Below, piece by piece: positions 7,761 to 16,054 of a stretch of DNA of 64,000 nt. The translations under genes were made by a program, and so were the position numbers. The stretch is from a virus (Duplodnaviria; Caudoviricetes), in the IMG/VR virus record IMGVR_UViG_3300005670_000014, positions 24,786 to 88,785 of that record; one strand, 5' to 3'. Within the stretch, counting starts at the first letter, position 1, and the number at the start of each line of letters is the position of its first letter. Under the pieces are notes generated by a model. That model was given only the letters and a program-made list of their open reading frames with translations, was not told the origin of the DNA and did not search any database.

Positions 7761-7823
7761 GGGTACATCAGTAAGTACATCTTGCACTTACTGATGTACC
7801 CACACCTTTCACAGTGTGGGTAC
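7761..7823 (-). promoter_or_regulatory. overlapping double-hairpin element, copy E
   Basis: 16-bp stem 7761-7776/7786-7801 and 10-bp stem 7796-7805/7814-7823; homologous to copy D with compensatory changes. Confidence 0.75.
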
Positions 7824-7832
7824 GGAAACGAA

Positions 7833-8069
7833 TTACTCGATAATCTCATTGGGGACAGCACCGCCCCAATCTTCCAGCCGCAACCGGAATTTATCTGACG
7901 GATATGCTGCACGAATCCGTTTTAGCTCTTTCAAAGCCGACTCTCGTGTAATGGGACGCATGACTTTGAAATCTACGAATTCACCCGTTTCCAGGATCTC
8001 AATGACCGCATTATCCACATTTCCGGGAATTAAGAACGGACGACTAAAAACCGGAATTGAATAGTTCAT
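7833..8069 (-). CDS. hypothetical 78-aa protein
   Basis: ORF track trimmed; TAATG stop/start overlap with the upstream gene. Confidence 0.6.
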   Translation of the reverse strand: MNYSIPVFSRPFLIPGNVDNAVIEILETGEFVDFKVMRPITRESALKELKRIRAAYPSDKFRLRLEDWGGAVPNEIIE

Positions 8070-8293
8070 TACAGTTTCTCCACGACGATGGTGATCGTTT
8101 CCTGCTCGTTTGAGCAACTAAATCCTTCGCGCACACTTCCTTGTATGCTATACCCTTTTTGCTGCAAAAGCCCGCGAAGCTCTTTCAAAAACTGCACCAT
8201 CTTGGTGCCATCTTTGACATCTGTCATCCGACGACCTTGCCGCAGCACATCTACAGCATACGAATTACGGGGTAAAATACCTGTCAAGTTCAT
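8069..8293 (-). CDS. hypothetical 74-aa protein
   Basis: ORF track trimmed to the ATG after GGAGAATTGAC. Confidence 0.65.
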   Translation of the reverse strand: MNLTGILPRNSYAVDVLRQGRRMTDVKDGTKMVQFLKELRGLLQQKGYSIQGSVREGFSCSNEQETITIVVEKL

Positions 8294-8370
8294 GTCAATT
8301 CTCCGTGGTTGTGGGGGTAAAGTCTCTTCATTCGGTGGTACGAATGAACGCACCACCTGATGAAATTACT

Positions 8371-8718
8371 CTACATGGAAATTAAGCAATCTTTGCGTGG
8401 CGAATACTTGAATTTCCATTGTTTATTATCTTTTAGTCCCGTGAATACGTATTTTTTGGATACGATTTGGGCCTTGACATCAGCATATCCATTCTTTTCC
8501 AGTGTTCGACACAGTGTGTTACGATCTTTCACCGGAAGTTTGGAATGCCAATCTTCCGATACCCATGATATTGCTCTTTGTGGCTCTCCATTTTCGTTGG
8601 TGCCGCAAATCAGCAAATCCAATTCTGGCTTACTTTGCACAACGTAAGCGATACACTCATCTTTCGATCCATAAAACCGGAACGATCCCCCGCATTCTTG
8701 CACGATTACGAAGTTCAT
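8371..8718 (-). CDS. hypothetical 115-aa protein
   Basis: ORF track trimmed to the ATG after GGAGAATTGATC. Confidence 0.7.
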   Translation of the reverse strand: MNFVIVQECGGSFRFYGSKDECIAYVVQSKPELDLLICGTNENGEPQRAISWVSEDWHSKLPVKDRNTLCRTLEKNGYADVKAQIVSKKYVFTGLKDNKQWKFKYSPRKDCLISM

Positions 8719-8720
8719 GA

Positions 8721-8828
8721 TCAATTCTCCGTCAGTTCTTTGATTGAAGTGGGTCTTTGTAGCCATAAATTGGCTACAAATAAATATGCCAAAGTCTGCG
8801 CTCTGGCAAACGCTTGCTCTTTACTCAT
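8721..8828 (-). CDS. 35-aa mini-protein (MSKEQAFARAQTLAYLF...)
   Basis: Translated by hand; GGAGAATTAAC RBS; stop abuts the next start. Confidence 0.45.
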   Translation of the reverse strand: MSKEQAFARAQTLAYLFVANLWLQRPTSIKELTEN

Positions 8829-8896
8829 GTTAATTCTCCGTGGTGGACAAAATAAACTCAACAATAGCCGCATAAGAACGCGGCTATCAGCAAAGT

Positions 8897-9136
8897 TTAT
8901 TCAGCCTGCATCTGAGCAGCTTCTAATTCAGCTTGCATCTCATCGAATTCTTTTGTCCATGCATGTCCATTCCATTCGATCTGGCGTCCGTTGCTCCCTT
9001 TAACGAAATGGGTATACATCACCCCATGTTCATGTGTCACCTTCACTAAGTACAAGTGAATCTGTTTTCCGTCAAATTTGACGTAGTTGGGGTCATTCTC
9101 AACAACCCGGAACAATGCTTTAGTCTGATACATCAT
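8897..9136 (-). CDS. hypothetical 79-aa protein
   Basis: ORF track; GGAGAATT RBS; directly after promoter P6. Confidence 0.65.
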   Translation of the reverse strand: MMYQTKALFRVVENDPNYVKFDGKQIHLYLVKVTHEHGVMYTHFVKGSNGRQIEWNGHAWTKEFDEMQAELEAAQMQAE

Positions 9137-9188
9137 AATTCTCCCGAAAGTTAAAACATCTTAAATAAGTACGCCAAGCTATATAGCT

Positions 9189-9228
9189 TGGCGCAACCCA
9201 TTTTAAATCCGATTGAAAGAGTTTGCAA
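9189..9228 (-). promoter_or_regulatory. early promoter P6
   Basis: TTGCAA-actctt...-17-TAAAAT with GCGCCA 5 nt downstream. Confidence 0.65.
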
Positions 9229-9318
9229 ACATTATTTTCATGACATCTGAAAATAATTTGCCCAAAAACATAGACATAGCGTTCAACGCCATGTCCACGT
9301 CTGCTCCCAAATTCCATG

Positions 9319-9468
9319 TCAGAAGCTGTGAATAATCTGCTCGCGCAAACCCATCAAGAGTTTGAACTCAAATTCTCGTACCACGCTTTTCTTAGCGTGG
9401 ACAAAATGCCGACAACCTCCATGTTGAAGTTTCCAGCACACGAATCCCACACGTATAAGAGTGTTCAT
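9319..9468 (-). CDS. 49-aa mini-protein (MNTLIRVGFVCWKLQHGGCRHFVH...)
   Basis: Translated by hand; GGAGAATTGGC RBS. Confidence 0.5.
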   Translation of the reverse strand: MNTLIRVGFVCWKLQHGGCRHFVHAKKSVVREFEFKLLMGLREQIIHSF

Positions 9469-9482
9469 GCCAATTCTCCCAG

Positions 9483-10022
9483 TTAAACTTTACTTTGCAA
9501 ACACAACTTGTAAAGCTCAAGATCAAATTCTCCACGCCGCCAGTCTTCGAATAACTCCAACGCATCGAAGAGGAATTGTGTTTCTTTGAACAGCATGGGA
9601 AAACCACGACCCCCTTTAGCCGCACCATCGAAGATACCAAATTCTCGCATACAGTTCTCCCATTCCCGACCATGCGGATATACGGTTATCTTCATTAGCG
9701 AAGCATTGAAGTACTTTTTCTGGATAATCCCATGACACACCTCATGAACTGCCGTGTGTGCCACCTGATAAAACAAATCTAGTTGATTTTCAATTCTTCG
9801 TAAATCCACGATGGTAGCGGGAGACAGCGTCACCGACGAAATCCCTTTGTCGTAGTAGTACGTACACGATCCTAAAGAACGTGCTCTGGAATCTTTACCG
9901 ATGCTGATGTGTTCAGCATCTCGACCCCGCAGCATTTTGCTTTTCGTAACAAAAAGTTGGAAAAGGTACCATGCTGAGTTGATTTCGTTCTGCCGGTTTG
10001 AAACTTTGCAAAAAGCTTTCAT
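9483..10022 (-). CDS. SprT-like zinc metalloprotease
   Basis: AVHEVCH (HExxH) followed by PHGREWENCMREFG, the SprT HG.EW motif; RARSLGSC upstream. Confidence 0.8.
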   Translation of the reverse strand: MKAFCKVSNRQNEINSAWYLFQLFVTKSKMLRGRDAEHISIGKDSRARSLGSCTYYYDKGISSVTLSPATIVDLRRIENQLDLFYQVAHTAVHEVCHGIIQKKYFNASLMKITVYPHGREWENCMREFGIFDGAAKGGRGFPMLFKETQFLFDALELFEDWRRGEFDLELYKLCLQSKV

Positions 10023-10094
10023 GACTCAATTCCCCAAGTGAGTAGAGCGATCACATGCTCTCTGAAAAGACAAAAATCTCTGAAAAAGACAGTT

Positions 10095-10132
10095 GAAAAA
10101 ACGTCGGGAAAAACAACTGTTATTCCCGACGT
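10095..10132 (-). terminator. intrinsic terminator after the 678-aa gene
   Basis: 10-bp stem ACGTCGGGAA/TTCCCGACGT (10101-10110/10123-10132) followed by a T-run on the minus strand. Confidence 0.7.
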
Positions 10133-10133
10133 G

Positions 10134-10155
10134 ATTTGTTTCATATGAAACAAAT
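10134..10155. repeat. 22-bp perfect palindrome with GTTTCATATGAAAC core
   Basis: ATTTGTTTCAT|ATGAAACAAAT, directly after the stop codon at 10156. Confidence 0.85.
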
Positions 10156-12192
10156 TTATTTCAACCCCGCCCAAGTCTGGTTGCGGACTTCTCCATCGAA
10201 AAACATCTTGCGGAACTGCACGGGTTTACGGTAAGCAGTTAATATCTGCTTAATATCCGAAGTATCCATCCCGCAATCTTCAACCAACTGTCTAGCCCGT
10301 TGCAATCTTTCCAGCTCTTCCATGTTAATACAACGAGCCAACACCGTCACGTCTTCCGGGAACAAGTGTTCACGGATATTGAGCCACGGCGAATCTCCAT
10401 CCATGTAAACGCTCTCGATGGATAAATCGTTCAACCGGATCATGTAACTCTTCAGCATCCGTTCCAAATCATCTTTCGTCAATTTCGCATTCAGTCCATG
10501 AGTAAAGCCTTTTTCCAACTCTTCAGCCGCAAAGCCTCCGAAGTTGAATCCCAACTCTCCGAACTTCTCCACCATGCCAGCAGCATCGACAATTCCGGCA
10601 AACTGATCTAACTCATGTCCGGGCGCTGTGATCTGAATCCAAATCGTACTTTCCGTCAATACGGCTGATCTGGCACCATTGACCGTACATGATTTGTCTC
10701 CGTTCCGCAGTTTGGAACTCTTGGACTTGTACATCTTACCAACATTCTTCGAAGCATTCCGAGCCAATTCCCGGTTAGCATTCTTCGAACTTTGAACCCA
10801 TGATTTAGCCAAGTTCTTCCGTGCCATCTCCAAGTACGTCAATCCCGACTCTGGATCGTAAATTTCGTCGTAATAATCGGATACGTCATTATCTCCGACT
10901 AAATTTTCCACCGAATTATTACGACGACCACCTAACAGCTTGCGGATCTGATCATCCAGATTCCACTGGATGAACCGTTCGCAGTTCTGCGATTGCCGCA
11001 TTGCATCCAATGCCGGAATGTATATCTTTGGAGCTAAACCATTCTTGTTCAGCCGACTACTTGAAACACCTGCCATCGCATTGATGGCTAATTTCTTGGA
11101 ATCTTTGCTTGGAAACTTCCAAGCATAGTACGATTCCAGTGGATTGGGACAATCTGCCAGCCACGCTTCCATGACTGACCAATCTGAAGCTTCCGAGCAG
11201 TAAGCTGATAATTCTCCATGACACGCATTCCATGCTGCCAAATTGACCGCTTCACCTCCCACGTTGATCCATCCACCTGCACAGCGGCATTGCCGATGTC
11301 TGACGTATGGGACTAAACCCACCATGAAAATCTCCCGGCGACCATCTGCCGTTAAATCCATGTTCTTTGACGACATCGGAATCGAAATTATTTTCAGAGC
11401 TTCAAATTCCTCTTTCAGCATGATGCCGCACTCGATGGAATTCTCCAGTGGTTCATGGACGAGCACTTCCTTCTTAAACACCGTCCCATTCTTTTCCACT
11501 TCAATCTCGACACTTGGATGCTTGGCAACGGAAACGGGACGGAGCGAAATCACAGTCTTCCCGTATTGCCGTGAACTGGACATGAACGTGGGCTTGTTCT
11601 TTTCATTCAAGCCACCGTCGAAGACTTTGATGGTTCCCGATGATTGCGAACCACGGGGATTCTTCAGTTGTGAATCCCAGTCTGAGCCGAATTTCATGCT
11701 CATGGCAACATCGAATGCACTCTTGATTCGACGTTCTGTTACCACGGAAGATGCTGTAATCGGAACAACGGTTACGCGGTCAATCACTTTTTCATCTTCG
11801 AAAAATTGACCGTCGACTTCCACTATTTCTTTCACAGTTTCCTTCCAATGGTATTCTGTGTCATCTTTGGAAACAGTGGAATGAACTGCGTAATCCACTT
11901 CTTCATCTTCCGTATCCAGTCGTTTCACGAGTTCCAGTCTGAATGCTGCTTGCTGGAACGATAAAACATCTCGTTCGGATTCAGCAGCCAGTTGCGAACC
12001 TCCGTAGCCAATCCATGCTATCTGATCCGTGGCATCCAATGCCCGGTAGTAGTTCTCCAAACATGCAGCATCCAAGCCACCAAAATCAAGAGCTTCGATA
12101 CTGCTCCATACTGCCGATACCACGGCGGACTCTGCACCCGAACATTCCAGCCGGAGTTTCATCTCCAGCAAACGTTGGTCAATGTGGTTCAT
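10156..12192 (-). CDS. large orphan protein, 678 aa
   Basis: ORF track; GGAGAATTAAG RBS; no recognisable motif. Confidence 0.85.
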   Translation of the reverse strand: MNHIDQRLLEMKLRLECSGAESAVVSAVWSSIEALDFGGLDAACLENYYRALDATDQIAWIGYGGSQLAAESERDVLSFQQAAFRLELVKRLDTEDEEVDYAVHSTVSKDDTEYHWKETVKEIVEVDGQFFEDEKVIDRVTVVPITASSVVTERRIKSAFDVAMSMKFGSDWDSQLKNPRGSQSSGTIKVFDGGLNEKNKPTFMSSSRQYGKTVISLRPVSVAKHPSVEIEVEKNGTVFKKEVLVHEPLENSIECGIMLKEEFEALKIISIPMSSKNMDLTADGRREIFMVGLVPYVRHRQCRCAGGWINVGGEAVNLAAWNACHGELSAYCSEASDWSVMEAWLADCPNPLESYYAWKFPSKDSKKLAINAMAGVSSSRLNKNGLAPKIYIPALDAMRQSQNCERFIQWNLDDQIRKLLGGRRNNSVENLVGDNDVSDYYDEIYDPESGLTYLEMARKNLAKSWVQSSKNANRELARNASKNVGKMYKSKSSKLRNGDKSCTVNGARSAVLTESTIWIQITAPGHELDQFAGIVDAAGMVEKFGELGFNFGGFAAEELEKGFTHGLNAKLTKDDLERMLKSYMIRLNDLSIESVYMDGDSPWLNIREHLFPEDVTVLARCINMEELERLQRARQLVEDCGMDTSDIKQILTAYRKPVQFRKMFFDGEVRNQTWAGLK

Positions 12193-12285
12193 GACTTAAT
12201 TCTCCAGTTGAAGCCAAGTTCTTGCCAAATACCCCGTCAAAACGGAATTTGGCAAGTGTATTTTACCACGATTACTCAGATTTTG

Positions 12286-12465
12286 CTACCGAGTCTGAGT
12301 AAAGTGGGATAACGAATGTTTCCAATCTTCCGCTGAACTGCGAATGGGAGTGTTGGAAAGTTGAAAGATAAAGAACCCAAGTGTACCCCATAGCAAGATG
12401 AGACGGGGAATTTCTGGGAGTACGAAACAACATAACCAATCCAGAATTTCGAGTAAGGTTTTCAT
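12286..12465 (-). CDS. small predicted membrane protein, 59 aa
   Basis: ORF track trimmed to the ATG after GGAGAATTAAG; hydrophobic LILLWGTLGFFIFQL. Confidence 0.55.
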   Translation of the reverse strand: MKTLLEILDWLCCFVLPEIPRLILLWGTLGFFIFQLSNTPIRSSAEDWKHSLSHFTQTR

Positions 12466-12521
12466 CTTAATTCTCCGGTTGTAAAACATGTCTGGTCATT
12501 TTGACCGCTGAAAAATGATGC

Positions 12522-12560
12522 TGGCGCATCCATGATAAACCCCATTTGCAGAGTTTTCAA
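12522..12560 (-). promoter_or_regulatory. early promoter P7
   Basis: TTGAAA-actct...-17-TATCAT with GCGCCAG 4 nt downstream. Confidence 0.55.
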
Positions 12561-12896
12561 CCATTTTCGGTTGAATGCCTGCGGGTTGGATTCAAAACCC
12601 GTTCAAAAATCGTCTGGAAACCCGCCAAAATCGTCTCACAAGCCACGCAATCCAGAAAGTAGTATGATGGTAGCGGGTAGAGGAATGACCCCTCTCAAAT
12701 CGTCTCGTTGGGGCTTTGTCGAACGTGGGTCGTTTGAGAGTTTGATTTCTGGATGGGAATGTTGTGTCCAATTTCTTGGAAGCTTCCGATTTGCTGGCTG
12801 ATTTCATCTTAAATTCAAGAATATTGTAGCCAAGCCACAGCATTTCAGATGGTGCTACATTCTCCAATGGAACCACCCCTCCGGGTCGGTAAACGC

Positions 12897-12925
12897 AGTT
12901 TAACACGAATCAAATCAGATGTCAA
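12897..12925 (-). promoter_or_regulatory. sigma70-type promoter P8
   Basis: TTGACA-17-TAAACT with TG extension and AT-rich upstream tract. Confidence 0.65.
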
Positions 12926-13215
12926 TACTTTTCTCAACAAAATAATAAATAAATATTCATTCATAAAGAGTTTCATATTATGTAATTACTGTATAACTCT
13001 TCATGACACAATTCTTTAACCATATGGAATCTTCGTACAAACTCTTTCAAATTTCAATCTCAGTATGGAGAGTTTGCAACGCCGACTCTGCGCCTGCTCC
13101 CAAAAAGAGGGTTAAAAACTCTTCATAGTTGTCAAATTCCCGCACTACATAGCTTGATTTCTCCAGTACGTAGTGCTATGCTGTTCCTCTACGTAGTTAC
13201 TTATTGGAGAGTTTG

Positions 13216-13515
13216 ATGAAAAAGTTATCGTTGGAAGAGCGTTGGGTTAGTAAGATTGATGAATCTTCGGATGACAACTCTTGTTGGTTGTGGAAAGGAA
13301 GTCGATCTACTCAAGGGTATGGACAGATGTGTGTTAATAAGAAACAAGTGTTGGCACACCAGATCGGCTGGCAACTCATGGGTAAATCTATATGTAGAGG
13401 GAAAACACATCTCCGAAACAGGTGTGGTAACAAACTCTGTGTTAATCCCGATCATTGGGAAAAAGAGTTGAAAGTGAAGTCTTTGTTCGTATGTACTGGG
13501 GAAGATCTGGATTAA
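13216..13515 (+). CDS. short HNH (His-Cys box-like) endonuclease, possibly inactive
   Basis: CWLWKG...GYG...LAHQ...RNRCGNKLCVNPDH; the usual His of V.H.CDN reads Asn. Confidence 0.8.
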   Translation: MKKLSLEERWVSKIDESSDDNSCWLWKGSRSTQGYGQMCVNKKQVLAHQIGWQLMGKSICRGKTHLRNRCGNKLCVNPDHWEKELKVKSLFVCTGEDLD

Positions 13516-13564
13516 AACTCTTTTGTCCATGCGTTTTTACGTCAGTACATAGTCTAGTCAATTC

Positions 13565-13610
13565 AGCGTGAAGGTATTACGTAATATGTACCATGTAATA
13601 CCTTCACGCT
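13565..13610. terminator. 16-bp hairpin between convergent genes
   Basis: AGCGTGAAGGTATTAC ... GTAATACCTTCACGCT. Confidence 0.5.
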
Positions 13611-13615
13611 TGAAT

Positions 13616-14125
13616 CTAATCTAGCATGTCCCACACATCTTCACTGATGTCGTCAATGATCTGTTGTAACAGATCTGGACGAGTGAATTCTTGAGTCCAG
13701 GTGAAACTCAAGTCTTTCGCTTTGGGACGTTTCACACCTAACTCTTTCATACATTTTCTCCATTCATAGCCATGATGTTGGGTGTATGAGAGCATACTTT
13801 CATAATGCCATCCTTCATCCATCATCACTAAAGTCTGTCGTTGATGCCCCGTTTCATGGAGTGCTAACATGATATTCAGAGTTAGAAGAACATTACCTCT
13901 GCGCTCTTTGGGTAGACTCAAGACACGACTCTCCATCCAGTCGGGATCAAAGCCATAGTAGAATGTTAGACCTTCATGATCCGTATATGAAGTTCTGACA
14001 AACGCAATGGAGTGATCTTCTCGATCTGGAATAAAGAGTTGTTTGAAAGGTGTAAGATAGTTCCACTCAATGCGCTGATGCACAGAGCGAACAGTGTGGT
14101 GATACAATTCTTCGTACTGATTCAT
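13616..14125 (-). CDS. SprT-like zinc metalloprotease, second copy
   Basis: ALHETGH (HExxH) and HHGYEWRKCMKELG; GGAGAGTTAATC RBS. Confidence 0.8.
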   Translation of the reverse strand: MNQYEELYHHTVRSVHQRIEWNYLTPFKQLFIPDREDHSIAFVRTSYTDHEGLTFYYGFDPDWMESRVLSLPKERRGNVLLTLNIMLALHETGHQRQTLVMMDEGWHYESMLSYTQHHGYEWRKCMKELGVKRPKAKDLSFTWTQEFTRPDLLQQIIDDISEDVWDMLD

Positions 14126-14127
14126 GA

Positions 14128-14598
14128 TTAACTCTCCGTGATAATACGCATGGAAATGATATCTGATGGTAAGATCAAAGCTTCCACCAGATGGGGAGTA
14201 TCCCGCCAAACCTCTTCACAGTCAAACTCTTCGCCAAACTCCAACCAGCGAGAGTATGACGCACAACTACGACCTTGAATTCTCCACCACTTACTCTTAA
14301 CTCGTTTCATTCTTGGATGCTCGAATGGAGAGTCTGCATTGTCGCTCCATGACATGAAATCTGATTTCAACCATCTCTTCGTGGGTTGTAATGACAGATC
14401 ACGGATGCATGTCACTTCTAACTCTACCAATGTGGTTCTCCAATCATCCAAGTTGTGGGAGAGCTGCAATGCCCAAGCCAGAGCTTGGTCCACTGATCTT
14501 GTTACAAAGATCGCATCACCGATTCCTTCTTGGAAGAGCATACCCCAATCATTGGCGGTAGATGGATTATCTGGATTAACAACTTTGTACACTTTCAT
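14128..14598 (-). CDS. hypothetical 156-aa protein, possible ADP-ribosyltransferase-like fold
   Basis: GGAGAATTAATC RBS; VYKV / IFVTRSVDQALAWA / LVELEV / EALILPSDI follows ART-like strand order (fold call is weak). Confidence 0.7.
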   Translation of the reverse strand: MKVYKVVNPDNPSTANDWGMLFQEGIGDAIFVTRSVDQALAWALQLSHNLDDWRTTLVELEVTCIRDLSLQPTKRWLKSDFMSWSDNADSPFEHPRMKRVKSKWWRIQGRSCASYSRWLEFGEEFDCEEVWRDTPHLVEALILPSDIISMRIITES

Positions 14599-14640
14599 GA
14601 TTAATTCTCCCATGCAAACTGAATTTCAACTTGAGGAATG

Positions 14641-15120
14641 TCACCGAAGATTTCTTGGATCAGCGTTCTTACAATGCCTGATTTGCCTCTGCTCCCAAAT
14701 CTTTTTATACGTGTGGTAGTAAAAATCTCCAGTATCCATGTGCCAATGGGGATCACGACAGAGCCGTGAGTACACTTTCCGACGTTGTGGATCTGCGCTA
14801 CGGATCATAAACCTCCAACGAGGTTTATTGTCGGGTTGATTTTTGATCTGGTCAATCACGGTATAGATCTGCCGTTTCAGCCACAGCAACCTGGACAATC
14901 CCTCTTGTCGAGTTTCCAACGCATCAATACTCTTCCGGGCTTGCCGTACTGCCCGAACATCATCTACCCGAATGCGGGCAAAACCACTGAAGACTGCATA
15001 GACTTTAACGTCAGATTCAGTCCACCATTCAATGCCGAGAACAAAGTCTTGATCACGAATACAGGTGAAGCCAACGTCTCCGACGCCCAATGGCCGGAAG
15101 TATTGAGGTGAGTATTTCAT
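14641..15120 (-). CDS. hypothetical 159-aa protein
   Basis: ORF track; GGAGAATTAATC RBS. Confidence 0.75.
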   Translation of the reverse strand: MKYSPQYFRPLGVGDVGFTCIRDQDFVLGIEWWTESDVKVYAVFSGFARIRVDDVRAVRQARKSIDALETRQEGLSRLLWLKRQIYTVIDQIKNQPDNKPRWRFMIRSADPQRRKVYSRLCRDPHWHMDTGDFYYHTYKKIWEQRQIRHCKNADPRNLR

Positions 15121-15148
15121 GATTAATTCTCCAAGTAATATTTCATGA

Positions 15149-15182
15149 AGAGCGTTACGTATTACATCTTACGTAACGCTCT
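15149..15182. promoter_or_regulatory. 13-bp perfect intergenic hairpin
   Basis: AGAGCGTTACGTA-ttacatct-TACGTAACGCTCT between two minus-strand genes. Confidence 0.5.
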
Positions 15183-15188
15183 ATGATT

Positions 15189-15395
15189 TTAGCCGTGACC
15201 AACTGGCACGAAGGTGCCATAGTCATCCATGAAACCTGTCCAGTCGGCGTTATCAGCGCCGACTCCCCAGATTTCGTTCATCCCGAAGAAATTATGTCCA
15301 GTTTCCCGGACGATAAAGAGCGTAATGCTCTTTTCAAATGTTGAGTCTTGCTGTAACAAGGCTTTGTATTCTTCGTTGGTTAAGTACATGCTCAT
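15189..15395 (-). CDS. hypothetical 68-aa protein
   Basis: ORF track; GGAG RBS. Confidence 0.65.
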   Translation of the reverse strand: MSMYLTNEEYKALLQQDSTFEKSITLFIVRETGHNFFGMNEIWGVGADNADWTGFMDDYGTFVPVGHG

Positions 15396-15924
15396 CTCCA
15401 GCGGCTAACGCCGCGCTAGTGTTCAGATGGGAAATCCATCTGATTTAATGGGGGTCGGTCTCATTGAACCGGCCCCGGTCGAGTGCGAAGAACGTTTGTT
15501 CAGCGCACACCTAAAGCACGGAAAATGTTTGAAAAATCAAGCATTTGCCCGTGAACCCCGGTGGGGTATGTATATTGTACACACATTTATAAGGAGTGTC
15601 AAGTACCCCAGTGAAAATAATTCAGAGCGATGTAGAGGGCGAATACGCTCTGTTCATGTCTGATCATGAGAGTTAGAGGACTTTCGAATTAGAGTAGATT
15701 GTTGACCTTTAATATGAGATGGTAGAGGGAAGGTGGGAGATGTCAGATGGGTAGATGGAAGGGCTGTAGAGTGGGGTCGTAGGTGGAAATTCAAGGTGGT
15801 CATACCAGAATCCCCTCTCAACCTACAGTACACTCTAACGCCTAATGTCTTGTTTGACCGCCCCTGCCCATGGACGGGCGCGGGGCGGCGCATTTTTCGT
15901 GCCAGCCGCGTGTGTCCATTGCGT

Positions 15925-16054
15925 GTTACGTAACGTGTGGGTGACGGTATGCATACACCATGCCAACCATTGACTGTATAACACATGTTACGTAACAGTG
16001 TTATGACAGTATAACCCCATGCCGGGTAATATGTCAAACATGTGTTACGTAACA
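15925..16054. repeat. three copies of the palindrome GTTACGTAAC
   Basis: At 15925-15934, 15987-15996 and 16044-16053; degenerate copy at 16138. Confidence 0.8.

Noticed and set aside
3106-8647. Plus-strand ORFs in the early arm (e.g. 3356..3745, 5003..5461, 5865..6479, 7156..7560)
   Set aside because: Antisense shadows of RBS-bearing minus-strand genes
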